NCBI GenBank assembly: GCA_021769035.1
Contig: JAETTP010000002.1
Span: 7,189-71,188, forward strand
Direction: 5' to 3'
From: Bacillota bacterium
GTDB taxonomy: Bacteria; Bacillota; Dehalobacteriia; UBA4068; UBA4997
DNA: 64,000 nucleotides
How positions within the stretch are numbered: the stretch's first letter is position 1; every line of letters begins with the position of its first letter. Shown piece after piece: positions 49,573-57,564 of the stretch. The position numbers were made by a program, and so were the translations under genes. The notes under the pieces are model-generated. The model worked only from the letters and a program-made list of their open reading frames with translations, made no database searches and was not told where the DNA came from.

Positions 49573-49705
49573 AGTAATTTTTACTCCTAACTTTCAAAAA
49601 AATTATATTAAAATCTATCCCTAAAAACAAATTTGGGTTCAGATGTGATTTAAGGCCGCTCAGCAAGCGGCCCTCAACACAGCTATTTTTTAGCGCCCAA
49701 CCACC

Positions 49706-49978
49706 CTAAAACAGCATAACCAGTAGCCGAAACACCAAAACCTCCATAATATACAAGGCGAAAATAGCCAGCACCGGCGAAAAATCCAGCGGGAAACGCG
49801 GGCTGGGCGGCAAGATACGGCGGAAAATCCGCAAAAAAGGCTCCGTCATTTCATAAATAAAATCGGTGATCACATTACCGCGCCGCATCGGAAACCAGGA
49901 AAGAATTATGTTCGCCAACAACAGAAAATAATAAATGCGAAAAGCCACGTGCACAAAATTAAAGATAAAGCTTACCAT
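49706..49978 (-). CDS. YggT-family membrane protein
   Basis: 90-aa, two-TM YggT-like protein in the division-cluster tail. Confidence 0.7.
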   Translation of the reverse strand: MVSFIFNFVHVAFRIYYFLLLANIILSWFPMRRGNVITDFIYEMTEPFLRIFRRILPPSPRFPLDFSPVLAIFALYIMEVLVFRLLVMLF

Positions 49979-49996
49979 AGCATCACGTACCCTCTT

Positions 49997-50500
49997 TTAA
50001 CGCCGCCAAGGCGAAAAACCGCCGCCCTGGCCGCCGTCTGCTCCGCTGAAAGCCTGAACCTCCGGGTCCATAATCTGGCCGGCCAAATCAACCTGGCTGG
50101 AGCTGAACAAAAAAGTGGAACCGCTGACCTTTTTAGGCTCACCGTCCAGCGCAAAAACCGCGCCGGAAAGAAAATCCACCATGCGCTGGGCTGTTTCCTT
50201 GTCCAGATCCTCAAAATTGACAATAACCACCTTTTGCTCTTTAATATTGCGAGCAATGCTTTGCAAATCGTCATAAGCTTTGGCCTTGACCAAAACCATT
50301 TCATAGCTTTTTTTGGCCTCGGAGGCAGTGGGAATGGCCATCACCTGCGGCCGCCGTGCTTTTTGCACGTCTGCCTCCTGCCACACATCTTTTTTGGCGC
50401 CTTTGGCCAGCTCGTCCATTTCCTCCTGGTTCAAGCTGTCTTCCTCTTCGTCTTGAAAGAATATGCTGGATATTTTACTCCAAGCTCCTCCTCCTGCCAT
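49997..50500 (-). CDS. sepF: cell division protein SepF
   Basis: Conserved SepF C-terminal domain (VVIVNFEDLDKETAQRMVDFLSGAVFAL). Confidence 0.8.
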   Translation of the reverse strand: MAGGGAWSKISSIFFQDEEEDSLNQEEMDELAKGAKKDVWQEADVQKARRPQVMAIPTASEAKKSYEMVLVKAKAYDDLQSIARNIKEQKVVIVNFEDLDKETAQRMVDFLSGAVFALDGEPKKVSGSTFLFSSSQVDLAGQIMDPEVQAFSGADGGQGGGFSPWRR

Positions 50501-50553
50501 AAAGAACCCTCCTTAAAAAAATATAACCCAAACGCCTGGGCCGCCGGGCGACC

Positions 50554-51294
50554 TCAGCGATAAATTCTTGCTCCAAAAATCCGGCTACCGATACGCACCA
50601 TTGTGGCGCCCTCTTCCACGGCAACTCTGTAATCATTCGACATACCCATCGAAAGCTCCTGCAAAGACAGATTGGAATAAGCGACTTTTTCCGCCCTTTG
50701 CTGCATTTTATCGCGCAGGCTGCGCATTTCCGCAAACACAGGCCGGGCTTGCTCCGGCTGTTCCACCGCCGGGGCCACCGTCATCAGGCCGCGAATATTC
50801 ACATGCGAGAGGGCCGCGCAGCTTTGCAAAAAATCCCACAGCTCCGTCGGGGCCAGTCCGAATTTGCTGCCCTCGGCGGCCACGTTCACCTCCACCAGGC
50901 AATCCAGCGGCAAACCGCGGGCCTCCGCCTGTTTTTCCAGTTCCACCGCCAAATGCCAGCTATCCAAAGAATGCAGCAGCCGCAAACGGGGCGTTGCCAA
51001 AAGCTGTTTAACCTTGTTGGTTTGCAGATGGCCGATGAAGTGCCAAGGGGTCGTCTGGGGCAAAAACTCGCTTTTTTGTCGCAGCTCCTGCACCTTGTTT
51101 TCCGCCAGGCCCGCCAAACCCAAAGGTTGTCCGGCCTGCCAGCAAGCTGCCGCCCGCCAGGCCTCCACCGTTTTGGAAACCGCCAACAGTTTCACCTGGG
51201 ACGCGGCGTGAGGGCTGGCCTCCCTAAGCTCGGCAATCTCCCGCAGCAGCTGGCCCAGCCGCTCGGCAAACTCCTGCTCCGCCTGAATTTGCAT
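50554..51294 (-). CDS. YggS-family pyridoxal-phosphate homeostasis protein
   Basis: Alanine-racemase-N fold with PLP lysine context (LLAVSKT) and HFIGHLQTNK. Start placed at the second ATG (51294), which has a weak RBS. The ORF-track start at 51333 has none. Confidence 0.7.
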   Translation of the reverse strand: MQIQAEQEFAERLGQLLREIAELREASPHAASQVKLLAVSKTVEAWRAAACWQAGQPLGLAGLAENKVQELRQKSEFLPQTTPWHFIGHLQTNKVKQLLATPRLRLLHSLDSWHLAVELEKQAEARGLPLDCLVEVNVAAEGSKFGLAPTELWDFLQSCAALSHVNIRGLMTVAPAVEQPEQARPVFAEMRSLRDKMQQRAEKVAYSNLSLQELSMGMSNDYRVAVEEGATMVRIGSRIFGARIYR

Positions 51295-51449
51295 TTGTTC
51301 CTGCTCCGTCAACGCAGCCGCGCCTCCTCTCATCTTTTGCCATTTAAATAAAGCTGATATACTATTATATCACAATAACATGTATTTTGCAAAATATTTT
51401 TTTGAAAAAATTAAAAATTTTTTTTCTGGCTCCAACATCTTGACATCCT

Positions 51450-51478
51450 CCACTTTGTGTGCGATAATATTTCTGCAC
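51450..51478 (+). promoter_or_regulatory. sigma-70-like promoter of nrdD (TTGACA-17-GATAAT)
   Basis: Hexamers at 51450-51455 and 51473-51478. Confidence 0.4.
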
Positions 51479-51623
51479 GATAACAAACACAAAATATACG
51501 CATTTTTGTCGGGCAAACCACTATAACTAGTTGTCAGCAGCAGTTAAACGGCCATCTGGCCTGCTCCAGCGGCAACCGGCTGGGTTGTTTCGGCAAAATA
51601 TGACTCAGGAGGAAAATCTTTCC

Positions 51624-53981
51624 ATGTTTGACAGTATTATCAAGCGCGACGGGCGCCGCGTGCCTTATGACATCAGCAAAATCACCGACGCAATCCGCAA
51701 GGCGATGGAAGCCAGCGGGCGCGACGCCGCCGGGCAGGAATGCGAGCGTTTGGCCGCCCTGGTGGAGGACAAGCTGAACGCCACCTTTAAGGGCGAGGCC
51801 CCAGGCATTGAGGATATTCAGGATATGGTGGAAACCGTGCTGATGGAAAACGGTTACGCCCTGGTAGCCCGCAAATACATTATTTACCGTAGCGAGCGCA
51901 CCCGCAGCCGCGAGATGAACACCCGACTGATGCGCATTTACGACGAGCTGACCAACACGGATTCTCTGCTGTCAGACATGAAGCGCGACAACGCTAATAT
52001 CGACGGCGACACCGCCATGGGCACAATGCTGAAATACGGCAGCGAGGGCGCTAAGGATTACTACGAAAAATATGTGCTCTCGCCGGCCCAAAGCAAGGCC
52101 CACGCCGAGGGCGACATTCATATCCACGATTTCGATTTTTACACCCTGACGACCACCTGCTGCCAGATTAATCTGCTGGATCTTTTCAAAGACGGTTTTT
52201 CCACCGGGCACGGTTTTCTGCGGGAACCCAACGACATCTCCAGCTACACTGCGCTGGCCTGCATTGCCATTCAGTCCAACCAAAACGACCAGCACGGCGG
52301 CCAAAGCGTGCCCAACTTCGATTATTGTATGGCGCCGGGCGTGGCCAAAACTTTCAAAAAGCTGTATATCAGCAATTTTTTCAAGGCGGCGGAACTGCTT
52401 TGGCCGCAGTATCCGCTCTCGCAGGACCAGACCAAGGCTGTTTTTGAGCAGCTGGCCGCCGAGCAGCCGGAGCTTATGCCCCGCATTGCTTTAAGCGAGC
52501 AGTTTGAACCCGCCTTGCAGGAGGCGCTGCAAACGGCCATTGCCGAGCCTGATAAACAGCTGCCGGCGGAGGTTTTTGCCCACTGCGCCCGCTTTGCCTA
52601 CGACACCGCCCTGGCGGAAACGGACAAGCACACCTTTCAGGCTATGGAGGCGCTGGTGCACAATCTGAACACTATGCACAGCCGGGCCGGCGCACAAACC
52701 CCGTTTTCCTCCATCAACTACGGAACGGACACCTCGCCGGAGGGACGCATGGCCAGCAAAAATATTCTGCTGGCGACGGAGGCCGGCCTGGGCCAGGGCG
52801 AAACGCCGATTTTCCCTATTCACATCTTCAAGGTGAAAGCCGGCGTCAGCTTCAACCCGGAGGACCCCAACTACGACCTTTTCAAGCTGGCCTGCCGGGT
52901 CAGCGCCAAGCGGCTGTTCCCCAACTTTTCTTTCATCGACGCGCCGTTTAACCTGCAATATTACAAGCCAGGCCACCCGGAAACGGAGGTTTCCTATATG
53001 GGCTGCCGCACCCGCGTGCTGGGCAACCACTACAACCCGCAGCAGGAAATCACCTACGGCCGCGGCAACCTGAGCTTCACCTCAATCAACCTGCCCCGTA
53101 TTGCGATTAAGGCCAACCACAATCTGGAGCTTTTCTTCGACGATTTGGAGCGCAAAATGGATTTGGTAGCCAACCAGCTGCTGGACCGCTTCAAAATCCA
53201 ATCCCACAAAAAAGTGCGCAACTTCCCCTTTTTGATGGGCCAGGGCGTTTGGATTGGCTCCAAGGATTTGGATATTGACGACGAGGTGGGCGAGGTGCTG
53301 AAAAACGGCACCCTATCCATCGGCTTTATTGGCCTGGCGGAAACGCTGGTGGCCCTCACCGGCAAGCACCATGGCGAGTGCGTGGAATCCCGCAACCTGG
53401 GCCAGGAAATCGTCAGCTTTATGCGCGAATACTGCGACCGCAAAAGCGAGGAAACCGGCCTGAACTTCACCCTGCTGGCTACTCCGGCCGAGGGCCTCTC
53501 CGGCCGCTTTGTCCGCATTGATAAGAAGAAATTCGGCATTATCCCCGGCGTCACCGACCGCGATTACTACACCAACAGCTTCCACGTGCCGGTTTACTAC
53601 CCCATCAGCGCCTATGAAAAGCTGAAGATTGAAGCGCCCTATCACGCGCTGACCAACGCCGGCCACATCTCTTATGTGGAGCTGGACGGCGACACCGCTA
53701 AAAATATTGAAGCGTTTGAGCAAATCGTCCGTTATATGCAGCAAGTCGGCATCGGCTACGGCTCTATCAACCACCCGGTTGACCGCGACCCGGTTTGCGG
53801 CTACAGCGGCATTATCAACGAGGTTTGCCCGCGCTGCGGCCGCCACGAGGGCGAGGGCGTCAGCCTGAGCAAGCTGCGAGCGATTAAGGCCACCGTGCGC
53901 GGCAATACGGAAACCTGCGGCTACTGCGGCGACCCTAACGAAGAAAACGAACGTCAGGCCAACCCCAACAAGCTGGGCTGA
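51624..53981 (+). CDS. nrdD: anaerobic ribonucleoside-triphosphate reductase (class III), large polypeptide ending after the zinc ribbon
   Basis: AGGAGG RBS then ATG 51624. ATP-cone N-terminus (MFDSIIKRDGRRVPYD). C-terminal Cys cluster CPRCG..CGYCG. No C-terminal RxxGY glycyl-radical motif in this ORF. Confidence 0.85.
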   Translation: MFDSIIKRDGRRVPYDISKITDAIRKAMEASGRDAAGQECERLAALVEDKLNATFKGEAPGIEDIQDMVETVLMENGYALVARKYIIYRSERTRSREMNTRLMRIYDELTNTDSLLSDMKRDNANIDGDTAMGTMLKYGSEGAKDYYEKYVLSPAQSKAHAEGDIHIHDFDFYTLTTTCCQINLLDLFKDGFSTGHGFLREPNDISSYTALACIAIQSNQNDQHGGQSVPNFDYCMAPGVAKTFKKLYISNFFKAAELLWPQYPLSQDQTKAVFEQLAAEQPELMPRIALSEQFEPALQEALQTAIAEPDKQLPAEVFAHCARFAYDTALAETDKHTFQAMEALVHNLNTMHSRAGAQTPFSSINYGTDTSPEGRMASKNILLATEAGLGQGETPIFPIHIFKVKAGVSFNPEDPNYDLFKLACRVSAKRLFPNFSFIDAPFNLQYYKPGHPETEVSYMGCRTRVLGNHYNPQQEITYGRGNLSFTSINLPRIAIKANHNLELFFDDLERKMDLVANQLLDRFKIQSHKKVRNFPFLMGQGVWIGSKDLDIDDEVGEVLKNGTLSIGFIGLAETLVALTGKHHGECVESRNLGQEIVSFMREYCDRKSEETGLNFTLLATPAEGLSGRFVRIDKKKFGIIPGVTDRDYYTNSFHVPVYYPISAYEKLKIEAPYHALTNAGHISYVELDGDTAKNIEAFEQIVRYMQQVGIGYGSINHPVDRDPVCGYSGIINEVCPRCGRHEGEGVSLSKLRAIKATVRGNTETCGYCGDPNEENERQANPNKLG

Positions 53982-54018
53982 CGTAAATATAATAACGAAA
54001 ACTAAAGGAGCGATTGAT

Positions 54019-54186
54019 ATGACTAACAATAAAAACACTAATCCGCAAAATGATGTTATGGTGGGCGAGGGCGTAGGCTTTGAGCGTATCCGCCGGATCA
54101 CCGGCTATCTTGTAGGCACCCTGGACCGTTTCAACAACGCCAAACGCGCCGAGGAAAAGGACCGCGTGAAGCACAATGTCGGCTAA
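54019..54186 (+). CDS. 55-aa protein carrying the NrdD-type glycyl-radical motif (RRITGYLVG ... FNNAKRAEEKDRVKH)
   Basis: AAAGGAG RBS then ATG 54019. The sequence resembles the extreme C-terminus of E. coli NrdD (RRVCGYLG...FNAGKQEEVKRRVKH). It overlaps the nrdG start by 11 nt. Confidence 0.5.
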   Translation: MTNNKNTNPQNDVMVGEGVGFERIRRITGYLVGTLDRFNNAKRAEEKDRVKHNVG

Positions 54187-54718
54187 TTGCCCAACCCAAA
54201 CAACACCGCGGACAATCCAGCTGGCCGGCGTCGTCAATGATTCTATCACCGACGGCCCAGGCATTCGGCTGACGGTGTTTGTGCAAGGCTGCCCGCACCA
54301 TTGCCCCGGCTGCCACAATCAGCAGACCTGGGATTTTGCCGGCGGCCAGCCAACCACAACCGAGGAGCTTTGGCAGCAAATTCAGCAAAACCCGCTGCTT
54401 TCCGGCGTTACTTTCAGCGGCGGCGAGCCTATGGCCCAGGCCGCGGCCCTGTTGCCGCTGGCCCAACGGATTAAGCAGGCCGGGCTGGAGCTGGCTATTT
54501 ACTCCGGCTACACATTTGAGCAGTTGCTGAACCTGCCCGACCCTGCCGTCCGCCAGCTGCTTGAACTGGCCGACACATTGATTGACGGGCCTTTCATTTT
54601 GGCTCAGCGCAATTTGGAGCTGAACTTCCGCGGCTCTGAGAACCAACGGATTCTTAAAGCGGCCGCCTCGTTAAAAGAGGGCCGTCCGGTTTTAGAAGAA
54701 GCTGAACGCTGGCATTAA
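54176..54718 (+). CDS. nrdG: anaerobic ribonucleoside-triphosphate reductase activating protein
   Basis: Radical-SAM cluster motif CPHHCPGCHN and GGEP. Confidence 0.85.
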   Translation: MSANCPTQTTPRTIQLAGVVNDSITDGPGIRLTVFVQGCPHHCPGCHNQQTWDFAGGQPTTTEELWQQIQQNPLLSGVTFSGGEPMAQAAALLPLAQRIKQAGLELAIYSGYTFEQLLNLPDPAVRQLLELADTLIDGPFILAQRNLELNFRGSENQRILKAAASLKEGRPVLEEAERWH

Positions 54719-54722
54719 ATGC

Positions 54723-54849
54723 TTGACAAAAGGGCGGAAAGTATTGTATAATAAATAAAGAAAGAGCCGGCCTCAAATGGGGTCAGCCCTCAATAGTTAG
54801 CTACAAAAATAGCCGTAACCTTTTGGAAGTTGGAGGCGGCTATTTTTTT
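54723..54849 (+). ncRNA. small transcription unit 1: consensus promoter (TTGACA-18-TATAAT) + ~90-nt transcript + intrinsic terminator
   Basis: -35 at 54723-54728, -10 at 54747-54752. Terminator ATAGCCG..CGGCTAT + T7 at 54809-54849. No credible ORF. Paralogous copy at 56694-56815. Confidence 0.45.
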
Positions 54850-54866
54850 GTGTGAACACTTAGCGA
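54849..54866. repeat. 18-nt exact repeat TGTGTGAACACTTAGCGA, copy 2
   Basis: Identical to the reverse complement of 29887-29904. It lies immediately after a terminator T-run. Confidence 0.6.
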
Positions 54867-55290
54867 CTGGCAAGGCCAAAGGCCGCAGACAGAGCTTAGT
54901 GTGAACCACCCCTGAGCGAAGCGAATGGGGTATGTCTTATTGCAAAGTCCGCAACTGTTATTAACAGTATAAGTAATGCGGATACTTCTAAAAAAGTCAT
55001 ACAACCACCCCCTCTCGTCTTGCAAGAATAAGAGAGGGCTACTAAACCCTCTCCCACTCCTTACGTATGCGATAGTGTGCTGAGGGCCAACCGCCAATTA
55101 AAACCAAACTCTTTCTTGACGATATTATATCACTTTGAATACCAAATAGCAACATTTTTTTACATTATACGCACAAAGGTGACTAGCCAAATTCGGCAGT
55201 CACCTTTTTTGTATCACTTTTACAACCACCTTATTTATCATTATGCGCTAAACTAATGGTGCAAATAATGATACAAAGGTGGTTTTAGCA

Positions 55291-55542
55291 ATGCCCAAAC
55301 CTAGCACATCAGACGGTAAAAAAAATTTAATCCAAGAACGCTTAAAGCAGCTGCGAGATGAGCGCGACTTATCGCAACGAGATTTAGCCCATCTGCTACA
55401 ACTGGCTGGCTATGATATGGATAAAAACGTTATAACTCGTATTGAAACCAACAAACGCTTTGTTTCCGATATTGAGCTAAAAGCGTTGGCCGAAATTTTT
55501 CAAGTCAGTTATGCCTGGCTGCTGGACGGCGAGGAAAAATAA
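55291..55542 (+). CDS. XRE-family HTH regulator, paralog 1 (83 aa)
   Basis: AAAGGTGG RBS then ATG 55291. Near-identical to the 56069-56320 product. Confidence 0.65.
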   Translation: MPKPSTSDGKKNLIQERLKQLRDERDLSQRDLAHLLQLAGYDMDKNVITRIETNKRFVSDIELKALAEIFQVSYAWLLDGEEK

Positions 55543-55799
55543 ACACCGTAATCATACATTTTCAATGCTAAATGTTTACTAATAGCAAACATATTAGTAA
55601 TAATCTCCTCCAAATCCTTATCCGTTTGCACCCCTAAGCGATTACACAAACGCTGATTGGCACTGAAAATTTTTTCATAGGCAGTATCGCAAAAACTGCC
55701 AGCAACAAATTCATTTTGAACAACCCCTCCATAATTTAAATAAAATCTCTCTTCATCAATTTCTCCTGTCATAGTGCTATAAAGTAGTTCCCTGTTCAT
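55509..55799 (-). CDS. hypothetical protein (96 aa), convergent with and overlapping the 3' end of XRE paralog 1
   Basis: AAGGAAG RBS then ATG 55799 (MNRELLYSTMTGEIDEERFY...). The promoter region contains the shared TTGTA-N7-TACAA box. Confidence 0.3.
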   Translation of the reverse strand: MNRELLYSTMTGEIDEERFYLNYGGVVQNEFVAGSFCDTAYEKIFSANQRLCNRLGVQTDKDLEEIITNMFAISKHLALKMYDYGVYFSSPSSSQA

Positions 55800-56068
55800 T
55801 TTACATCTTCCTTTCGTCAATTTATTGTATCACTTTTACAACCGATTATACACTTTATTATAGCCTAAAGCAATACTTGCAAAACACAATCGTTCTCTTT
55901 TTTTCACCATATTATTATTAAATTCGACTTTAATATAAATAATATACCTAAATTATTCTGTAGATTTTCTATATTGGAAAATATTTTTGTATCACTTTTA
56001 CAACCAACTGATTTATCATTATGCGCTAAACTAATGGTGCGAATAATGATACAAAGGCGGTTTTAGCT

Positions 56069-56320
56069 ATGCCCAAACCTAGCACATCAGACGGTAAAAA
56101 GAATTTAATCCAAAAACGCTTAAAACAACTACGAGATGAGCACGATTTATCGCAGCGAGATTTAGCCCACCTGCTGCAACTGGCTGGCTATGATATGGAT
56201 AAAAACGTTATAACCCGTATTGAAACCAACAACCGCTTTGTTTCTGATATTGAAATAAAAGCGTTGGCCGAAATTTTTCAAGTCAGTTATGCCTGGCTGC
56301 TGGACGGCGAAGAAAAATAA
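56069..56320 (+). CDS. XRE-family HTH regulator, paralog 2 (83 aa)
   Basis: Differs from paralog 1 by a handful of substitutions. The upstream ~90 bp is also duplicated. Confidence 0.65.
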   Translation: MPKPSTSDGKKNLIQKRLKQLRDEHDLSQRDLAHLLQLAGYDMDKNVITRIETNNRFVSDIEIKALAEIFQVSYAWLLDGEEK

Positions 56321-56414
56321 ATAGGGAAAAGCCGCTTCCGATTGGCGGCTTTTCCCTATTTTACTTGCTATTCTCGTTGCAATAGTATATAATAAAGGCA
56401 AAGGAGTGGATATA

Positions 56415-56684
56415 ATGGCCAACGTAAATATCAGAGTGGATGAGAACTTAAAAAATCAAGCCGATGTTATTTTTGCTGATTTGGGTATAGATTGTACAGT
56501 TGCCACTAATATTTTTTTGAAACAGGTTGTGCGCCACAACGGCCTGCCTTTTGAAATGCGTATCGACCCTTTTTACTCATCAGAAAACCAAAAACGTCTA
56601 TTAATCGCCAAGGAACGAATGGTTAATGGCGGCGGTACTCCACACGAATTAATAGAGTACGATGATTATAATACAAATAACTAA
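56415..56684 (+). CDS. RelB/DinJ-family type II antitoxin-like protein, no adjacent toxin gene
   Basis: AAAGGAG RBS then ATG 56415. MANVNIRVDENLKNQADVIFADLGIDCTVATNIFLKQVVRHNGLPFEM resembles DinJ. Confidence 0.6.
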   Translation: MANVNIRVDENLKNQADVIFADLGIDCTVATNIFLKQVVRHNGLPFEMRIDPFYSSENQKRLLIAKERMVNGGGTPHELIEYDDYNTNN

Positions 56685-56693
56685 CATATCACT

Positions 56694-56815
56694 TGACAAA
56701 ACACTGCAAACGTTATATAATAAACAAAAAAGAGCTGGCCTCAAATGGGGTCAGCCCTCATATTAGACTAAAAAATAGCCGTAACCTTTGGTGCAGGAGG
56801 CGGCTATTTCTTTAT
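56694..56815 (+). ncRNA. small transcription unit 2: consensus promoter (TTGACA-17-TATAAT) + ~90-nt transcript + terminator
   Basis: -35 at 56694-56699, -10 at 56717-56722. Shares the core AGAGCYGGCCTCAAATGGGGTCAGCCCTCA and the terminator ATAGCCGTAACC...GGAGGCGGCTATTT with unit 1. Confidence 0.45.
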
Positions 56816-56828
56816 ATTTAATTGACTT

Positions 56829-57005
56829 TTAGGCACTTTTTTCTGTTTGCAACTGCTTAATCTCGTCTATAGCCAAACCGGATATATTGGCTATTTCATC
56901 TAAAGTATATTTACCTGCTGACAACATACGACAAGCAACCTCGCGTTTTTCTTCCTGTCTTTCCTGAGCCAGCATTTCCTCTATTGTTCTACACACAATT
57001 GTCAC
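56829..57005 (-). pseudogene. remnant resembling the C-terminal (DUF4351-like) tail of an Rpn/YhgA-family PD-(D/E)XK nuclease
   Basis: 58-codon frame ...QERQEEKREVACRMLSAGKYTLDEIANISGLAIDEIKQLQ, bounded upstream by an in-frame TAG. No nuclease core present. Confidence 0.35.
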
Positions 57006-57023
57006 CCACCCCTATATTTTAAC

Positions 57024-57488
57024 TCAATCCTTAGGGGCGGCCTCCATCATTTTATGTATCTCCTGAATAAAAGTTTCAACGTCCTCAAACTTGCGATAAA
57101 CCGAAGCAAAACGCACGTAAGCCACATCGTCCACAGCGCGCAGGCGTTCCATAACCATATCGCCAATGCGCATAGCGGGCACCTCCCGCTCCATAGAGCC
57201 TTTCAGTTCCTTTTCAACGTCCAGCACAAGCTGCTCCAGCACAGCCACCGGCACCGGGCGTTTGTCGCAGGCGCGCACCAATCCGGCCAAAATTTTGTTC
57301 TTATCAAAAATTTCCCGGTTGCCATCGCGCTTCACCACCAGCAGGCTGGTTTCCTCTTCCCGCTCGTAGGTTGTAAACCTTTTTCCACAGCTGAGGCACT
57401 CACGCCGCCGCCGAATACTGCGCCCATCTTCCACCGGGCGGGAATCCAACACCTTTGAGTCAGGATAACCACAAAATGAACAACGCAT
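57024..57488 (-). CDS. nrdR: transcriptional repressor NrdR
   Basis: Zinc ribbon CSFCG..CLSCG plus an ATP-cone. Confidence 0.9.
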   Translation of the reverse strand: MRCSFCGYPDSKVLDSRPVEDGRSIRRRRECLSCGKRFTTYEREEETSLLVVKRDGNREIFDKNKILAGLVRACDKRPVPVAVLEQLVLDVEKELKGSMEREVPAMRIGDMVMERLRAVDDVAYVRFASVYRKFEDVETFIQEIHKMMEAAPKD

Positions 57489-57564
57489 GCCAACCCCTCC
57501 TTATGTTTAAAATATTACTACATCAAAGGGCAGGCTGTCAAGCTAAAAATTTCACGCTATTCAT

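Noticed and set aside
48103-49590. 495-aa plus-strand ORF
   Set aside because: Antisense to ileS.
49573-49705. T-box leader for ileS
   Set aside because: The leader is only ~130 nt and lacks the AGGGTGGNACCGCG T-box sequence and a specifier-loop architecture.
51334-51623. NrdR boxes upstream of nrdD
   Set aside because: Only half-site-like matches (ACACAAAATATAC) to the palindromic NrdR consensus. Not convincing without a position weight matrix scan.
56162-56422. 86-aa minus-strand ORF
   Set aside because: Lies entirely antisense to XRE paralog 2 and the DinJ start. No RBS and a junk-like composition.
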